DNA of 64,000 bases from Eledone cirrhosa (lineage: Eukaryota). Both the position numbers and the translations under genes were made by a program. The stretch is taken from the NCBI GenBank assembly GCA_964016885.1, contig CAXHJY010000830.1, positions 196,844-260,843 of the forward strand. Direction: 5' to 3'. Positions 40,405 to 54,694 of this stretch are shown piece after piece. The notes under the pieces were generated by a model, which saw only the letters and a program-made list of their open reading frames with translations, was not told the DNA's origin and ran no database searches. Each line of letters opens with the position of its first letter. Position 1 is the first letter of the stretch.

Positions 40405-43400
40405 TCCGGACTGCCTGGCGCTATAAAAGACACTTTCTATGAGACACTGATGCTCACTACCTCCCAAATATCCGACAGTGACTATATAATTATTGCTGGC
40501 GACCTAAATGGTCACGTTGGACAACATTGTGACGGCAATGATGAAATCCATGGAGGCTATGGGTTTGGTACTAGAAATGAGGAAGGCTCCAGAATCCTGG
40601 AATTCTGTGACGCAAATAACCTAACAATCTGTAACACTAACTTCAAAAAACGAGACAATCACTTGATCACCTACAGATCAGGGGAACATACCAGCCAGGT
40701 AGATTATATCCTTACCAGAAGATGTGACAGAGTGACTGTTGTAAACACTAAATCCCTCCCCCATGAAGAATGCACCTCCCAACATAGACTGATAATTAGC
40801 GACCTCATAGTCAGGATGAGACGTCCTCGACAGCAGAAGAGGACTATCCTCAGGAGAAAAATATGGAAGCTAAAGGACCCCACAGCCAGAAATAAATTGC
40901 AAAGCATATTACTTGACGCTTTCGACAGTAAGGAAGAACATTTAGAGTCGGACAATATAGAGGGACAGTGGGAATTCCTGAAAGCAAATCTGCTGATGGC
41001 GGCAGACGAAGTCTGTGGCTGGAGCAGGCCTATAGGCAGGAGGAGAGTAACATGGTGGTGGAACAGTAAGGTGGAGGAGTCGATTAAGGCCAAAAAGCAG
41101 GCTTGGAAAATATGGCGGGATGGGGGAAGTAGAGAAGACTATCAAGTGGCCAGGAGGGAAGCTAGGAGACAAGTGTACTTTGCAAGAAGGGAGGCAGAGG
41201 AAAGAAAGTTCAAGCATGTTCTACAACGCGAGGACAAAAAACGTGAGGTGTTCAGGATTGCTAGGCAATGTGTCAAGGAAAACCGTGATATTGTTGGGGA
41301 GAAGTGTGTACTAAATGATGATGGCATACTCGCCATCACTGACGCTGATAAGAAGGTCGCTTGGAAGTGTAACTACGAGAGGCTACTAAATGAGTAGAAT
41401 AAATGGTAGAAGGATAGTCTCCCCCAGATCGATCCAATAGAGGGACCAGCAGTGTTAGTTGAAGGTAGTATAATAAGTAAGGCGATCAAAGATATGAAGA
41501 CGAGTAAGGCGGCTGGGCCTTCGGAAATAGTCGCTGAGATGCTGAAGGCCTCTGGAACGGTGGGACACACCATGGTCACCCGGATAGTAAACCAAGTCAT
41601 ACAGAATGGGGTTGTTCTGAAGGACTGGCGTAGCAGCATCATCATTAACTGTTACAAGGGTAAAGGAGACGCCCTAGATAGGAGTAACTATAGAGGGATT
41701 AAATTAATCGACAAAGGTCATGAAGGTCACGGAAAAAGTAATAGTGCAACTAATCAGAGAGAGAATCGATCTAGATGAAATGCAGTTCGGGTTTGTGTCA
41801 GGCAAAAGTACCACAGACGCTCTTTTCATTGTACGACAACTACAGGAGAAGTACCTAGCTAAAAGTAAACCCCTATACTTAGCTTTTGTTGACTTGGAGA
41901 AAGCCTTCGACAGAGTCCCCCGTTCCATTATCTGGTGGGCTCTTAGAAAACTAGGTGTTGACGAATGGCTTGTGAGAGCTATACAAGCCATGTATAAAGA
42001 AACAGTCAGCAAGGTTAGAATTAACAACGAATATAGTGAAGAGTTTAGCGTAAAAGTTGGCGTCCATCAGGGCTCTGTTCTCAGCCCCCTACTATTTATT
42101 ATTGCCCTTCAGGCTATAACAGAGGAGTTCTAGACCGGCTGCCCATGGGAACTCCTATACGCAGACGACCTGACACTCATAGCTGAATCAATGGCCGAGC
42201 TAGAGAAGAAATTCCAAACATGGAAGCACGGCCTAGAATCAAAAGGACTTAAAATTAACCTGGCTAAGACTAAAGTTCTAGTTTGTAGGAAAGAAAATAA
42301 GACGGCGGTCCCTTCTGGGAAATGGTCGTGCTCGGTGTGTAGGAAAGGCGTAGGTAGAAACTCCATTTTATGTCCTAAATGCAAAGTATGGGTGCACAAA
42401 AGATGTAGTGGGATCACAGGTAAGCTAAGAACATAGATTTTACATGTGGCCGGTGCTCTGGTGCAATAAGTAGCAGCAAGTGCCCACAAAATACTAGCTC
42501 TTTCAATTGCGCAGAGGGTTCTATAGAAATAGTGGACAGCTTCCGCTACCTGGGTGACAAAATCAGCAGTGAGGGAGTGTGCTCTGAAAGTACAGTAGCT
42601 AGAGTCAGAACTGGTTGGAAAAAGTTCAGAGAGCTTATACCACTATTAGCTGCTAAAGGGTTCTCCCTAAAAATGAAAGGCAGGTTGTACGATGCCTGCA
42701 TACGAACAGCAATGTTGCATGGCAGTGAGACCTAGGCATTGTGTGCAGAGGATATACGCAGACTAGAGAGGAACGAAGCTTGCATGCTCCGCTGGATGTG
42801 TAACAGTTATATACGTGAACGGCAAAGCATAAACGAACTAAGGAAAAAATTAGATATAAGAGGGATCAGATGTTGTTTATTCGAGAGAAAACTACGTTGG
42901 TATGAACACGTGATGCGCATGAAAGTCGATAGCTGTATAACAAAGTGCAGGGCAATAAAGATAGACGGTAGCCACGGAATAGGCAGACCTAGAAAAACCT
43001 GGGACGAGCTGATAAACTCCCGACCTCACACACTTACACCTCTCCAAGACAATGTCACTGGACCGAGACCTTTGGCAGTACTCAGTAACAGAGAAGACCC
43101 GCCTTACCTAAATACATAGTAAAACCTACTACAGCCAGTAGGCATCTCTAACAAAATACACCCCGTCCCACCACCACCACCCCCACCCCATCCACACCAC
43201 GCCGTTCTATGTAAAGTTATGTTGGTGCCGCGCCATCCAGGCCGAAACAAATGAGATCGTGTAGGTGTCACGACAAAAAAAACACACAGTCCACGCTGTA
43301 ATGTGGCCGTGTAGGCAACACGGTAAAAACCTCCCAGACCCACACTGTAAATGTGGTTGGTGTTAGGAAGGGCATCCAACTGTATAAAACCAGCCAGACA

Positions 43401-43511
43401 GTCCTATGCGAGCAAGACAATCACTCTTGCCTCAAGTGGGACTACCCCCGTCCAAACCCATGCAAGCGTGGAACACGGACGTTAAACGTTGATGATGATG
43501 ATGATGATGAT
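40405..43511 (+). mobile_element. 5'-truncated RTE LINE (family B) with partial APE, RT with PHD insert, 3' UTR and (GAT)n tail
   Basis: [69 protein letters not shown]; several stops and frameshifts; tail at 43490-43511. Confidence 0.95.
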
Positions 43512-43923
43512 ATACATATCTATATATATATACATATCTATACATATATATACATATCTATATATATATATACGTATCTATATATATATATACATATATA
43601 TACATATATATACATATATATACATATATATACATATCTACACATATATATACATATCTATATATACATACATATCTACACATATATATACATATCTATA
43701 TATACATACATATCTATATATATATACATATATATACATATATACATATATACATATGTATATATATATACATATATATACATATCTATATATATATACA
43801 TATATATACATATCTATATATATATACATATATATACATATATATATACATATATATACATATATATATACATATATATACATATATATATACATATATA
43901 TACATATCTCTATATATATAAAT
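43512..43923. repeat. TA-rich compound microsatellite with TCTA variants
   Basis: Direct reading of the sequence. Confidence 0.95.
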
Positions 43924-44280
43924 ATCATCATCATCATCATCATCATCACCGTTTTACGTCCGTTCTTCCACGCTAGCATGGGTTAGACGAGTTGTCCTGT
44001 TGTGTGCAGTGTCTGGTCGGCTGACCATGCCTTGCTCATACAGGAACTGATCTGGCTTGATTTCTACAGCTGGATACAGCTGGATGCCCTTCCTAACACC
44101 AACCTCATTTACAGTGAGTGCTGGGTGCTTTTTCGTGGCGCCTACACGTCCACTTTACAGTGTGGGCTGGGTGCTTTTTTGCCGTGGTGCCTCCACGACC
44201 ACCTTGCGGTGGGGGGTGTGGGGGCATATTGTTTATATGCTTCAGCATGTACCCATGGGAGGTCGGGTACTCTGTATTAC
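43924..44280 (-). mobile_element. RTE family A 3' end
   Basis: Near-identical to 1623-1960; ORF end [12 protein letters not shown]. Confidence 0.93.
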
Positions 44281-45025
44281 ATATATATATACATATATAT
44301 ACATATATATAGATATATATACACATATATATACACATATATATATACATATATATACATATATATAGATATATATACACATATATATACACATATATAT
44401 ATACATATATATACATATATATATATACATATATATATACATATATATATACATATATATACGCATATATATATATACATATATATACACATATATATAT
44501 ACATATATACACATATATATATACATATATATACACACATATATACATATATATACACATATATATACATATATATACATATATATACATATATATACAC
44601 ATATATATATACATATATACACATATATATATACATATATATATACATATATATACACACATATATACATATATATACACATATATATACATATATATAT
44701 AAATATATATACACATATATATACATATATATACACATATATATACATATATATACACATATATATACATATATATACACATATATATACATATATATAG
44801 ATATATATACACATATATATACACATATATATATACATATATATATATACATATATATATACATATATATATATACATATATATATACATATATATATAC
44901 ATATATATATACATATATATACACATATATATATATACATATATATACACATATATATATACATATATACACATATATATATACATATATATACACACAT
45001 ATATACATATATATACACATATATA
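44281..45025. repeat. TA-rich compound microsatellite
   Basis: Direct reading of the sequence. Confidence 0.95.
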
Positions 45026-45064
45026 TGAAATATAAGAATCAAAGAACTGTTCAAAACATTATTG

Positions 45065-45112
45065 TGCTTACAGCTGTTTCCTCCAAACCGAGGTTTGGAT
45101 TCTTCGGAGCAA
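45065..45112 (-). ncRNA. Minimal hammerhead ribozyme with variant core CCGAAGA
   Basis: tgct-CCGAAGA-a-tccaaac(ctcg)gtttgga-g-GAAA-cagctg-TA-agca. Confidence 0.75.
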
Positions 45113-46554
45113 TTTATTAATGCATGGACAGTTATATGACCTCCTTTTCAGCCGAGAGACATACCAATACATATTCAAACATTGATACATATTCAAACAT
45201 TGTGGGTCAACATTCATTACAAAATTTAGAGTGGCAGTACACACTTCGAGATTACATTTATATTAATAGGTACAATCAAAAATCAAAGATATAGGTTAAA
45301 GTACAACATGAAGATAAGTGGTTATATAGTGCAAATGTTATATGTGTGGCACGCATGTGCGTCTTGTTTATATAGTGTGGCAGAGAGATATGTGTGGTAG
45401 AGGCACTTAGGTAGGTAAATAAGAGTGTTAGGTTGGTAGATCTGGTGGCAAAGTTTTTATATGATTGATGTAGTCTGTGTGTGGAGAAATATTATAAACA
45501 TTAAAGATAGTGCAAGCATTAAAAGTGTTATAAGTATTGGAGATGCACAACGCAGGGATGTCACGTAATTCATGTACTTCGGCATTTTCATGGTCCAGGG
45601 AGTGTATATTTCGATTATATGCCTTTCACATAATCCACGACAATCCAGTTAGAGATCGTAGTCTGGTGTTCCTTAGTTCGATACAGGAGGTTGTTACGTT
45701 TCGAGAGACGCCATTGAATACCGGAAGTGTGTGTGTGGCTAAGGGGAGTTAATGCATGCGGGGAGGTAACTCTGGGGTTTCTATATCTAGCCATTAAAAT
45801 GTGTCCCAATATGGACCCTAAATTCTATGGTGAGGTGCACCTTCCAAGAGAGACTTTTAAAGCATAAAGTGTACTAACTATAGAGTAGTTTAACTAAATT
45901 ATGCTGAAGGAGATCATATTATTATTAAGGTGGATTAACCCATCTTAAGGTGCTACAAATGGAAATTATAGATGATGAGCGAGGATTCTAAATTAATGAT
46001 CTCTGTGGTTGTAGTCTGCTCATATGACCAGGCGCGGTGATTGCAGGATTGCTTCAGGACCCAATGATCTCTGGTAAGATCTGGGTCATCGCTTGCTACA
46101 TTGGATGTCGAAAGATGATCGTCCCCAGGCAGGCCAAAGGTCAATCCGCAGTCCTCGCGACCCCTCTCTGACCGTCAGATCATCCATATACGTACAACCC
46201 GCACGGCAGTTGCATTGCATTCACTCACTGCGCTCAGCAGCCCGGTCCTACTGGTCAACAGCGCTACTCGATTAAATCATTTTACATCTGTCTAAGGAAG
46301 GTGTTTCCTCTGCCCAACACCATCCAACCGATCGATTCATGCTCAAATTACCCTTAGAGCGGTGTAGTGCCGTCCAGGTGGGTGGATGTTGTCACACCTG
46401 CCGTAGAGGTATAAATGGGTATTTTCCCTGCGAAGGGTTCCAGAGGGATGTCGTTGTTTGTGTTATAATGGATCAGCTAGTGTTGGGTATGTAGTATAGG
46501 GTGTGTCTCTGGTGTTTGATGCTAGATGTGGTGTTAGGTTCCAGTCCGACATTG

Positions 46555-48024
46555 CTATATATAGGGCTTAAAGTTTTGGAAGGAATGTCTGAGGCGGTGC
46601 TGGCAAGTTGCAAACACCTCAGATTTTTTGTTAAGTAGGTTACGGTTGGAGAAGATAATATTGTGTGTCTCTAGTATACAGAGGTTACAGAATTTATTAG
46701 GTGGTTTGTACGAGGTCGCGCTGCCTATCACTTCCCATTTGAGTGTGTATGGTTTATTTTTAGATTTTAGATAGTGTATGTAGCTAGAAAGTGAGGTGGA
46801 GTTGGCTAGGCTGTGCTTTTTGAATGAGTGGATGTGCGAGTTATATCTAATTTTGAAGCAGTTAGAAGTGGAGCCTACATAGGTTTCTGAAGAGTTATTA
46901 GTCGTGACTGTGCATGAGTATATGACATCCTTGGTTAGGCATTTTTTATCTAAAGGGCAGGTTCTATTAGCTCTACAGTTACAATTATTCTGTGCGTTAG
47001 TCCGCTGGTTATAATGCAATGCGGAAGTCTGTGTGGTGGATATAGGATTTTGGGTGTTCAGGTTGACAACCCTGGTGTTATTACTTATACTAGTGTTATT
47101 TCTATTGTTACTGCCGTTGCTATTGTTGCTTGCTACAGTGGTATTTAGAGGGTTTGCATCCCGTTGTGATTTTGTTTGTTGGAAGTAAGAACTAATTTTA
47201 CTATTATTGCTGCTAGCTATGTGGTATGCTAAGTTAGGCGTCGTAGAGTATGAGATTTTAATGGTGTTTTTGTTTAAGAGGTTGTGGTACTTGTGTCCTA
47301 GAGGGAAGTTTTTATCTAGTAGTGAGAAGAAAACCCTAGGTATGTTGGTGGAGACATTTAGGTTGAAAGGAGGGTTGAAAAATGTATTATTTCTTCTTCT
47401 ATTTTTGCTTTTAGTGTTTGGTGTGTTGCTTCCTCCTAAGGCCTCACAGTAGTTTCCATGGTAATGGTTACTTCCGGTGGCACCCTCCGCTTTGGTGTAC
47501 TTGTGGTTGCTATTCCTATTATTAGATTTCCTCATGGACATGTTGTGCGAGATGATGTTGTAGCTATGTGTTTTCTTAGGTAGGAACTCTATTTCTATAT
47601 TATGGCCGGAGCTAGCTAATGCTTGATTGTAATATTGTGAGTTTTTGCTAAATATGTTTGCGTCATAGGACAGACTAGAGATTCTATTGGACACCCCCTT
47701 AGAGATAGAGTTTAATATTGATCTAGGGTGATTAGACTTGGTATCTACGTAAATAAGTTTCTCATTAGGCTTATGGAAAGGTGTATATATTTTTGAGTCT
47801 AGGTATAGTGTGGCGTCTAGGAAGTTAACATTTTTAGTGTTTTTGTCCATGGTGATACTAAGGTTAAAGTTTTTGAATGTCTTATGCAGTTGTTTTCTAG
47901 TTCTTTCTATATTAAATTTTTTATATTCTATGAGTAGAAGTGCATCATCGCGGTACAAACCACCGTTGAGGTAAGGGAGGTCTTTATGGATTTCATTGAG
48001 GAGGTATAGGCCGACCAAATCACA
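46555..48024 (-). CDS. Penelope-like RT C-terminal part, cysteine-rich linker and GIY-YIG endonuclease
   Basis: DLVGLYLL, GGLYRDDAL, VNFLD, NCNCRANRTCPLDKKC, VIYSCTV...TYVGSTSNCFKIRYNSH, CNLCILE, CQHR. The first ~9 codons of the tracked ORF come from the inverted pLTR. Confidence 0.9.
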   Translation of the reverse strand, partial: CDLVGLYLLNEIHKDLPYLNGGLYRDDALLLIEYKKFNIERTRKQLHKTFKNFNLSITMDKNTKNVNFLDATLYLDSKIYTPFHKPNEKLIYVDTKSNHPRSILNSISKGVSNRISSLSYDANIFSKNSQYYNQALASSGHNIEIEFLPKKTHSYNIISHNMSMRKSNNRNSNHKYTKAEGATGSNHYHGNYCEALGGSNTPNTKSKNRRRNNTFFNPPFNLNVSTNIPRVFFSLLDKNFPLGHKYHNLLNKNTIKISYSTTPNLAYHIASSNNSKISSYFQQTKSQRDANPLNTTVASNNSNGSNNRNNTSISNNTRVVNLNTQNPISTTQTSALHYNQRTNAQNNCNCRANRTCPLDKKCLTKDVIYSCTVTTNNSSETYVGSTSNCFKIRYNSHIHSFKKHSLANSTSLSSYIHYLKSKNKPYTLKWEVIGSATSYKPPNKFCNLCILETHNIIFSNRNLLNKKSEVFATCQHRLRHSFQNFKPYI

Positions 48025-48062
48025 TGAAAAGGAGGTCATATAACTGTCCATGCATTAATAAA

Positions 48063-48110
48063 TTGCTCCGAAGAATCCAAACCTCGGTTTGGAGGAAACA
48101 GCTGTAAGCA
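48063..48110 (+). ncRNA. Identical inverted copy of the hammerhead ribozyme
   Basis: Exact reverse complement of 45065-45112. Confidence 0.75.
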
Positions 48111-48315
48111 CAATAATGTTTTGAACAGTTCTTTGATTCTTATATTTCATATAACTGCTCTGTAAATCATCTGATGTTTTTACATTGAGCTACTTAACTT
48201 ACTGGTAATAAGGTAGTAATACATTACTGCCTACCACTATTTAGGGTGTGTGTAAAATACTTACAACTGCTTAAGGTTTTGTGTTTACATAACCATAAAT
48301 AGTATAACTAATACT

Positions 48316-48784
48316 ATACACATATATATACATATATATACATATATATACACATATATATATACATATATACACATATATATATACATATATATATACA
48401 TATATATACACACATATATACATATATATACACATATATATACATATATATATAAATATATATACACATATATATACATATATATACACATATATACATG
48501 TATATACATATATATATACGTATATATACATATATATATACATATATATACACATATATATACATGTATATACATATATATATACATATATATACATGTA
48601 TATACATATATATATACATATATATACATGTATATACATATATATATACATATATATACATGTATATACATACATATATATACATATATATACATGTATA
48701 TACATACATATATATACATATATATATACATATATATATACATATATATAGACATATATATATACAATATATATACACATATAT

Positions 48785-48841
<57 letters not shown>

Positions 48842-49020
48842 CATATATATATACATATATACATATATATATACATATATACATATATATATACATATAT
48901 ACATATATATATACATATATATATACATATATACATATATATATACATATATACATATATATATACATATATACATATATATATACATATATATATACAT
49001 ATATACATATATATATACAT
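48316..49020. repeat. TA-rich compound microsatellite
   Basis: Direct reading of the sequence. Confidence 0.95.
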
Positions 49021-49391
49021 ATCGCCTTCAAGATACACCCAAGGCTTGGGCCCCGTGCTATCCGTCCCATTCAAAAATCTAAATCGCAACTCATAACAAC
49101 AATACGGCACAATTATTTCACCTCAATCGGCCCTGCTCTCTTCAACATCACACCAGGACACGTCAAAACAGAAACTGACCACTGAAAATTCAAGAAGTCT
49201 TTGGACAAATTCCTCCAAGTAATCCCGGACAAACCACCCACACCCGGATATGTCTCCGCAAACAGTAATTCTCTTCTCGAATGGGCCATGGTGCCCAAAT
49301 CCTGAATTGAAAGACTTCGCCAGGTGGTGCTATTAAGTTAGACATGGCCTGGGCCAATACTGGCCAAAACATTTCAAAGTTATTCAAAGTT
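49021..49391 (+). mobile_element. 3' end of a CR1/L2-group LINE
   Basis: Translates HPRLG...SIGPALFN...[16 protein letters not shown]...ANSNSLLEW; GGCC-rich 3' stem; tail (TTCAAAGTTA)x2. Confidence 0.8.
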
Positions 49392-49471
49392 ATATATACA
49401 TATATATACATATATATACATATATATATATATATATACATATATATATGTATACATATATATATGTATAC

Positions 49472-49518
<47 letters not shown>

Positions 49519-49756
49519 CATATATATACATATATATACATATATATACATATATATACATATATATACATATATATATATATATATACATATATATACA
49601 TACATATATATATATATATACATATATATACATATATATATATATACATATATATATACATATATATATACATACATATATACATACATATATATATACA
49701 TATACATGTATATATACATATACATATATATATACATATACAAATATATGTACATA

Positions 49757-49788
<32 letters not shown>

Positions 49789-49789
49789 C

Positions 49790-49852
<63 letters not shown>

Positions 49853-49907
49853 CATATATATATATACATATATATATATACATATATATATATATACATA
49901 TATATAC

Positions 49908-49962
<55 letters not shown>

Positions 49963-50009
49963 CATATATATATACACATATATATATATATATACATATA
50001 TATATACAC

Positions 50010-50107
<98 letters not shown>

Positions 50108-50125
50108 ATATATATACATATATAT

Positions 50126-50184
<59 letters not shown>

Positions 50185-50258
50185 CATATATATATACATA
50201 TATACATATATATAAATATATATACATATCTATATATATATACATATATATATACATA

Positions 50259-50295
<37 letters not shown>

Positions 50296-50493
50296 CTATA
50301 TCTATATATATATACATATATATACATATATATACATATCTATACATATATATACATATCTATATATATATATACATATCTATATATATATACATATATC
50401 TCTATATATATACATATCTCTATATATATACATATCTCTATATATATACATATCTCTATGTATATACATATATATACATATATATATATATAT
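49392..50493. repeat. TA-rich compound microsatellite
   Basis: Direct reading of the sequence. Confidence 0.95.
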
Positions 50494-50537
50494 GAAAAAG
50501 AACACAAGAGCGTCTACAACATCAAAAGATTTTTATT

Positions 50538-50584
50538 GGCTTACAATGTTTCTTCCTTACGTAACCGTAGGATTCGTCAGAGCT
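50538..50584 (-). ncRNA. Minimal type I hammerhead ribozyme with canonical core
   Basis: gct-CTGACGA-a-tcctacg(gtta)cgtaagga-a-GAAA-cattg-TA-agc. Confidence 0.8.
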
Positions 50585-51812
50585 GTAAAAGGGGTTTGAT
50601 TGGTGTTATGGACTCTACCAACCAAACATTCAAGATCAAAGAGTAAAGAGAGTAAAGAGCAAAAGTAGGGGACGATAAGTCTAATTTTGGTGCGGGAGGG
50701 TGGGGTGTGGGTCCTTGTTTACTAGCTGCGGTCATATTCATTCTCGGGAATCGGGTGGTTAGCTGAACCATAGATGGGGTGGCGTCGATAGTATGGTGCA
50801 GAGGGTGCGCAGAGACTGCACAAACACAAAGGGCATACAATATATATATATATATATATATATATAGCGGAGGAGAAAGTACATGAGGTAATTAGAAATG
50901 GAAAAAGAGTAATAATAATAATCTATAATTAATAGTGTATAATAAGGCATGGGGAAGATTACACTATAATAGGTATAAAAGTAAGAATAAGGTAAAATAT
51001 AAAGGAGGATAAAAGTGGAAATAATAAAGATAAAAAAATATATAGAGAATATATAAAGAAATATAAGCGAATATTTGGAGGGGAAAACACAATGTAAAAA
51101 AACCGATTTTTTCAAATAAAAATAAAAATATAATAATTATGGGAGGAGAAAACGGGATAGAGTAATATGATCAAATGTGATTAGTTGAGAGAATATAAGA
51201 TGATAATAGTTATGTCAAGTTTATACATCTTAATAATAAATAATCTGTGTATCAGAGTTGCAGAACCTTCAATTCACTTACGGGTTCAAGCCACGTGGCA
51301 TGGTCCATTGTTTATCTGTGCGGTCATGCGCGTTTGTTTTTGACACCACAGCAGATGCACAAGTTCGTAAATTCCAATGCAGATAGAAATCTATTTTTGC
51401 TCACCTGGACATTGACGGAGGATCCAATATTCCTAGTTCAATATGTGTGTGGTGTTATTTTGGTCGCACAAATCAATCACTTGGTTCAATATTATGGAGT
51501 ATGGTTTTCTGGTCTTCGTAACAGTGTCAGTGGTTGTATATCTGGAAATTACAAGGATCACAGTACTCCGGTTTGGTGTGATTATCGGTCATCCAGCTAT
51601 GTTGTTGGTGGTTGGATTCAATTCTATTCGCCCGAACGTTGAACTTTGGTGTCGATAGGACATTAACGAGGCAGAGTGAGATCGCATCTGTGGTACAAAA
51701 CGGTACGCAAGGAAATTCTTCGTCTTCGTTTCATCCGGGTCCAGCAGTCAGGTGCAAGAACCGCTACGTAGTAATTGTGGGGTTAATCGGTCAAGTCGGC
51801 AACTGACCGAAA

Positions 51813-52076
51813 ATTCAGACAGGCATGACAGGCACATTTAGGTCGGCAGCTTCTTTATGTGTACGTGTGTCCGACACACACAGACACATATTTATATGTA
51901 TTTCAACTCAAAAAACTCAATTGATTCACCCACTGGTACTACAATCGGTCAAAACAGCAACTGGCCGACAATTCCCTTAGGGATTCAGACAGGCATGACA
52001 GGTATATTTAGGTCAGCAGCTTCTTTATGTGTACGTCTGTCCGATACACACAGACACATATCCATATGTATTTCAA
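51813..52076 (+). repeat. Two direct copies of a unit of about 94 bp (period about 171)
   Basis: ttcagacaggcatgacagg...gcagcttctttatgtgtacgt...cacagacacatat...atatgtatttcaa at 51813 and 51984. Confidence 0.9.
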
Positions 52077-52330
52077 AAAATTCAGTTGATTCCCCTATTG
52101 ATATTATATCTGTGTCGGTCGGATGTGCATGCTGTGGTGTTCTGGTCGTGCATAGCATTCACTGTGTTTTGCCATTACCTTCGAATGTGATGTTATGGTC
52201 ATCAATAGTCCGGCAAGCGCATTTCGCTCTTATATTGCAGAGAATGGTGTTCTGGTCCTCAGTAAGAGGGGTGGTGGTTCTCAGTTTCAACTTCGACAAT
52301 ACATATGTGTTACTCTGCATATCATGCTCC

Positions 52331-54091
52331 TATATATATACATATATATACATATCTATATATATATATACATATATATACATATCTATATATATATACA
52401 TATATATATACATATCTATATATATATATATATATACATATCTATATATATATATATATATATACATATATATATACATATCTATATATATATATATATA
52501 TACATATATATATACATATCTATATATATATATATATATATACATATATATATACATATCTATATATATATATATATATACATATATATATACATATCTA
52601 TATATATATACATATCTATATATATATATATACATATCTATATATATATACATATCTATATATATATATATATACATATCTACATATATATATACATATC
52701 TATATACATATCTATATACATATCTATATATATATATATACATATATATATACATATATATATACATATATATACATATATATACATATATATATACATA
52801 TATATACATATATATACATATATATATACATATATATACATATATATACATATATATATACATATATATACATATATATATACATATATATACATATATA
52901 TACATATATATACATATATATACATATATATACATATATATATACATATATATATACATATATATATACATATATATATACATATATATATACATATATA
53001 TATACATATATATATACATATATATACATATATATACATATATATACATATATATATACATATATATATACATATATATATACATATATATATACATATA
53101 TATACATATATATACATATATATATACATATATATATACATATATATATATGCATATATATATACATATATATATACATATATATACACATATATATACA
53201 CATATATATATACATATATATATACATATATATACACATATATATACACATATATATATACATATATAAATATACATATATATACATATATATATACATA
53301 TATATATACATATATATATACATATATATATACATATATATACATATATATACATATATATACATATATATATACATATATATATACATATATATATATG
53401 CATATATATATACATATATATACACATATATATACACATATATATACACATATATATATACATATATATATACATATATATACACATATATATACACATA
53501 TATATATACATATATATATATACATATATATACACATATATATACACATATATATATACATATATATATATACATACACATATATATATATACATATATA
53601 TATACATATATATATACATATATATATACATATATATACACATATATATACACATATATATATATACATATATATACACATATATATATACATATATATA
53701 TACATATATATACACATATATATACACATATATATATACATATATATATACATATATATACACATATATATATACACATATATATATACATATATATACA
53801 CATACATATATATATATATATACATATATACATATACATATATATACACATATATATACATATATATATATACATATATATATACATATATATACATATA
53901 TATATACATATATATATATACATATATATATACATATATATACATATATATATATACATATACATATATACATATATATACATATACATATATATATATA
54001 CATATATATATATACATATATATATATACATATATATATATACATATATATATACATATATATATACATATATATATACATATATATATAC

Positions 54092-54166
<75 letters not shown>

Positions 54167-54179
54167 CATATATATATAC

Positions 54180-54252
<73 letters not shown>

Positions 54253-54329
54253 CATATATATATATACATATATATATATACATATATATATACATATATA
54301 TATACATATATATATACATATATATATAC

Positions 54330-54398
<69 letters not shown>

Positions 54399-54627
54399 TA
54401 TATACATATATATATATATATGTATATACATATACATATATATATATATATATACATATATATATACATATATATATACATATATATATACATATACATA
54501 TATATACATACATATATATATACATATATACATATATATACATATATATATATACATATACATATATACATATATATACATATATATATATACATATACA
54601 TATATACATATATACATATATATATAC

Positions 54628-54660
<33 letters not shown>

Positions 54661-54694
54661 CATATACATATATACATATATATATATATACATA
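52331..54694. repeat. TA-rich compound microsatellite, about 2.4 kb
   Basis: Direct reading of the sequence. Confidence 0.95.

Larger units (their letters stand above)
45026..48315 (-). mobile_element. 5'-truncated Penelope-like element with long 3' UTR and inverted terminal pLTR copy
   Basis: RT plus GIY-YIG ORF; 45026-45150 and 48025-48149 are exact inverted copies, each carrying a hammerhead. Confidence 0.92.
50494..52330 (-). mobile_element. Probable Penelope-like non-coding 3' region (may be composite)
   Basis: Canonical hammerhead followed by AATAAA at the minus-strand 3' end; CpG-retaining; flanked by TA arrays; no recognisable ORF. Confidence 0.55.

Noticed and set aside
52215-52270. 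CTGAGGA...CGAAA on the minus strand as a fifth hammerhead
   Set aside because: No stem II closes next to the core boxes and the cleavage triplet and stem I do not fit.
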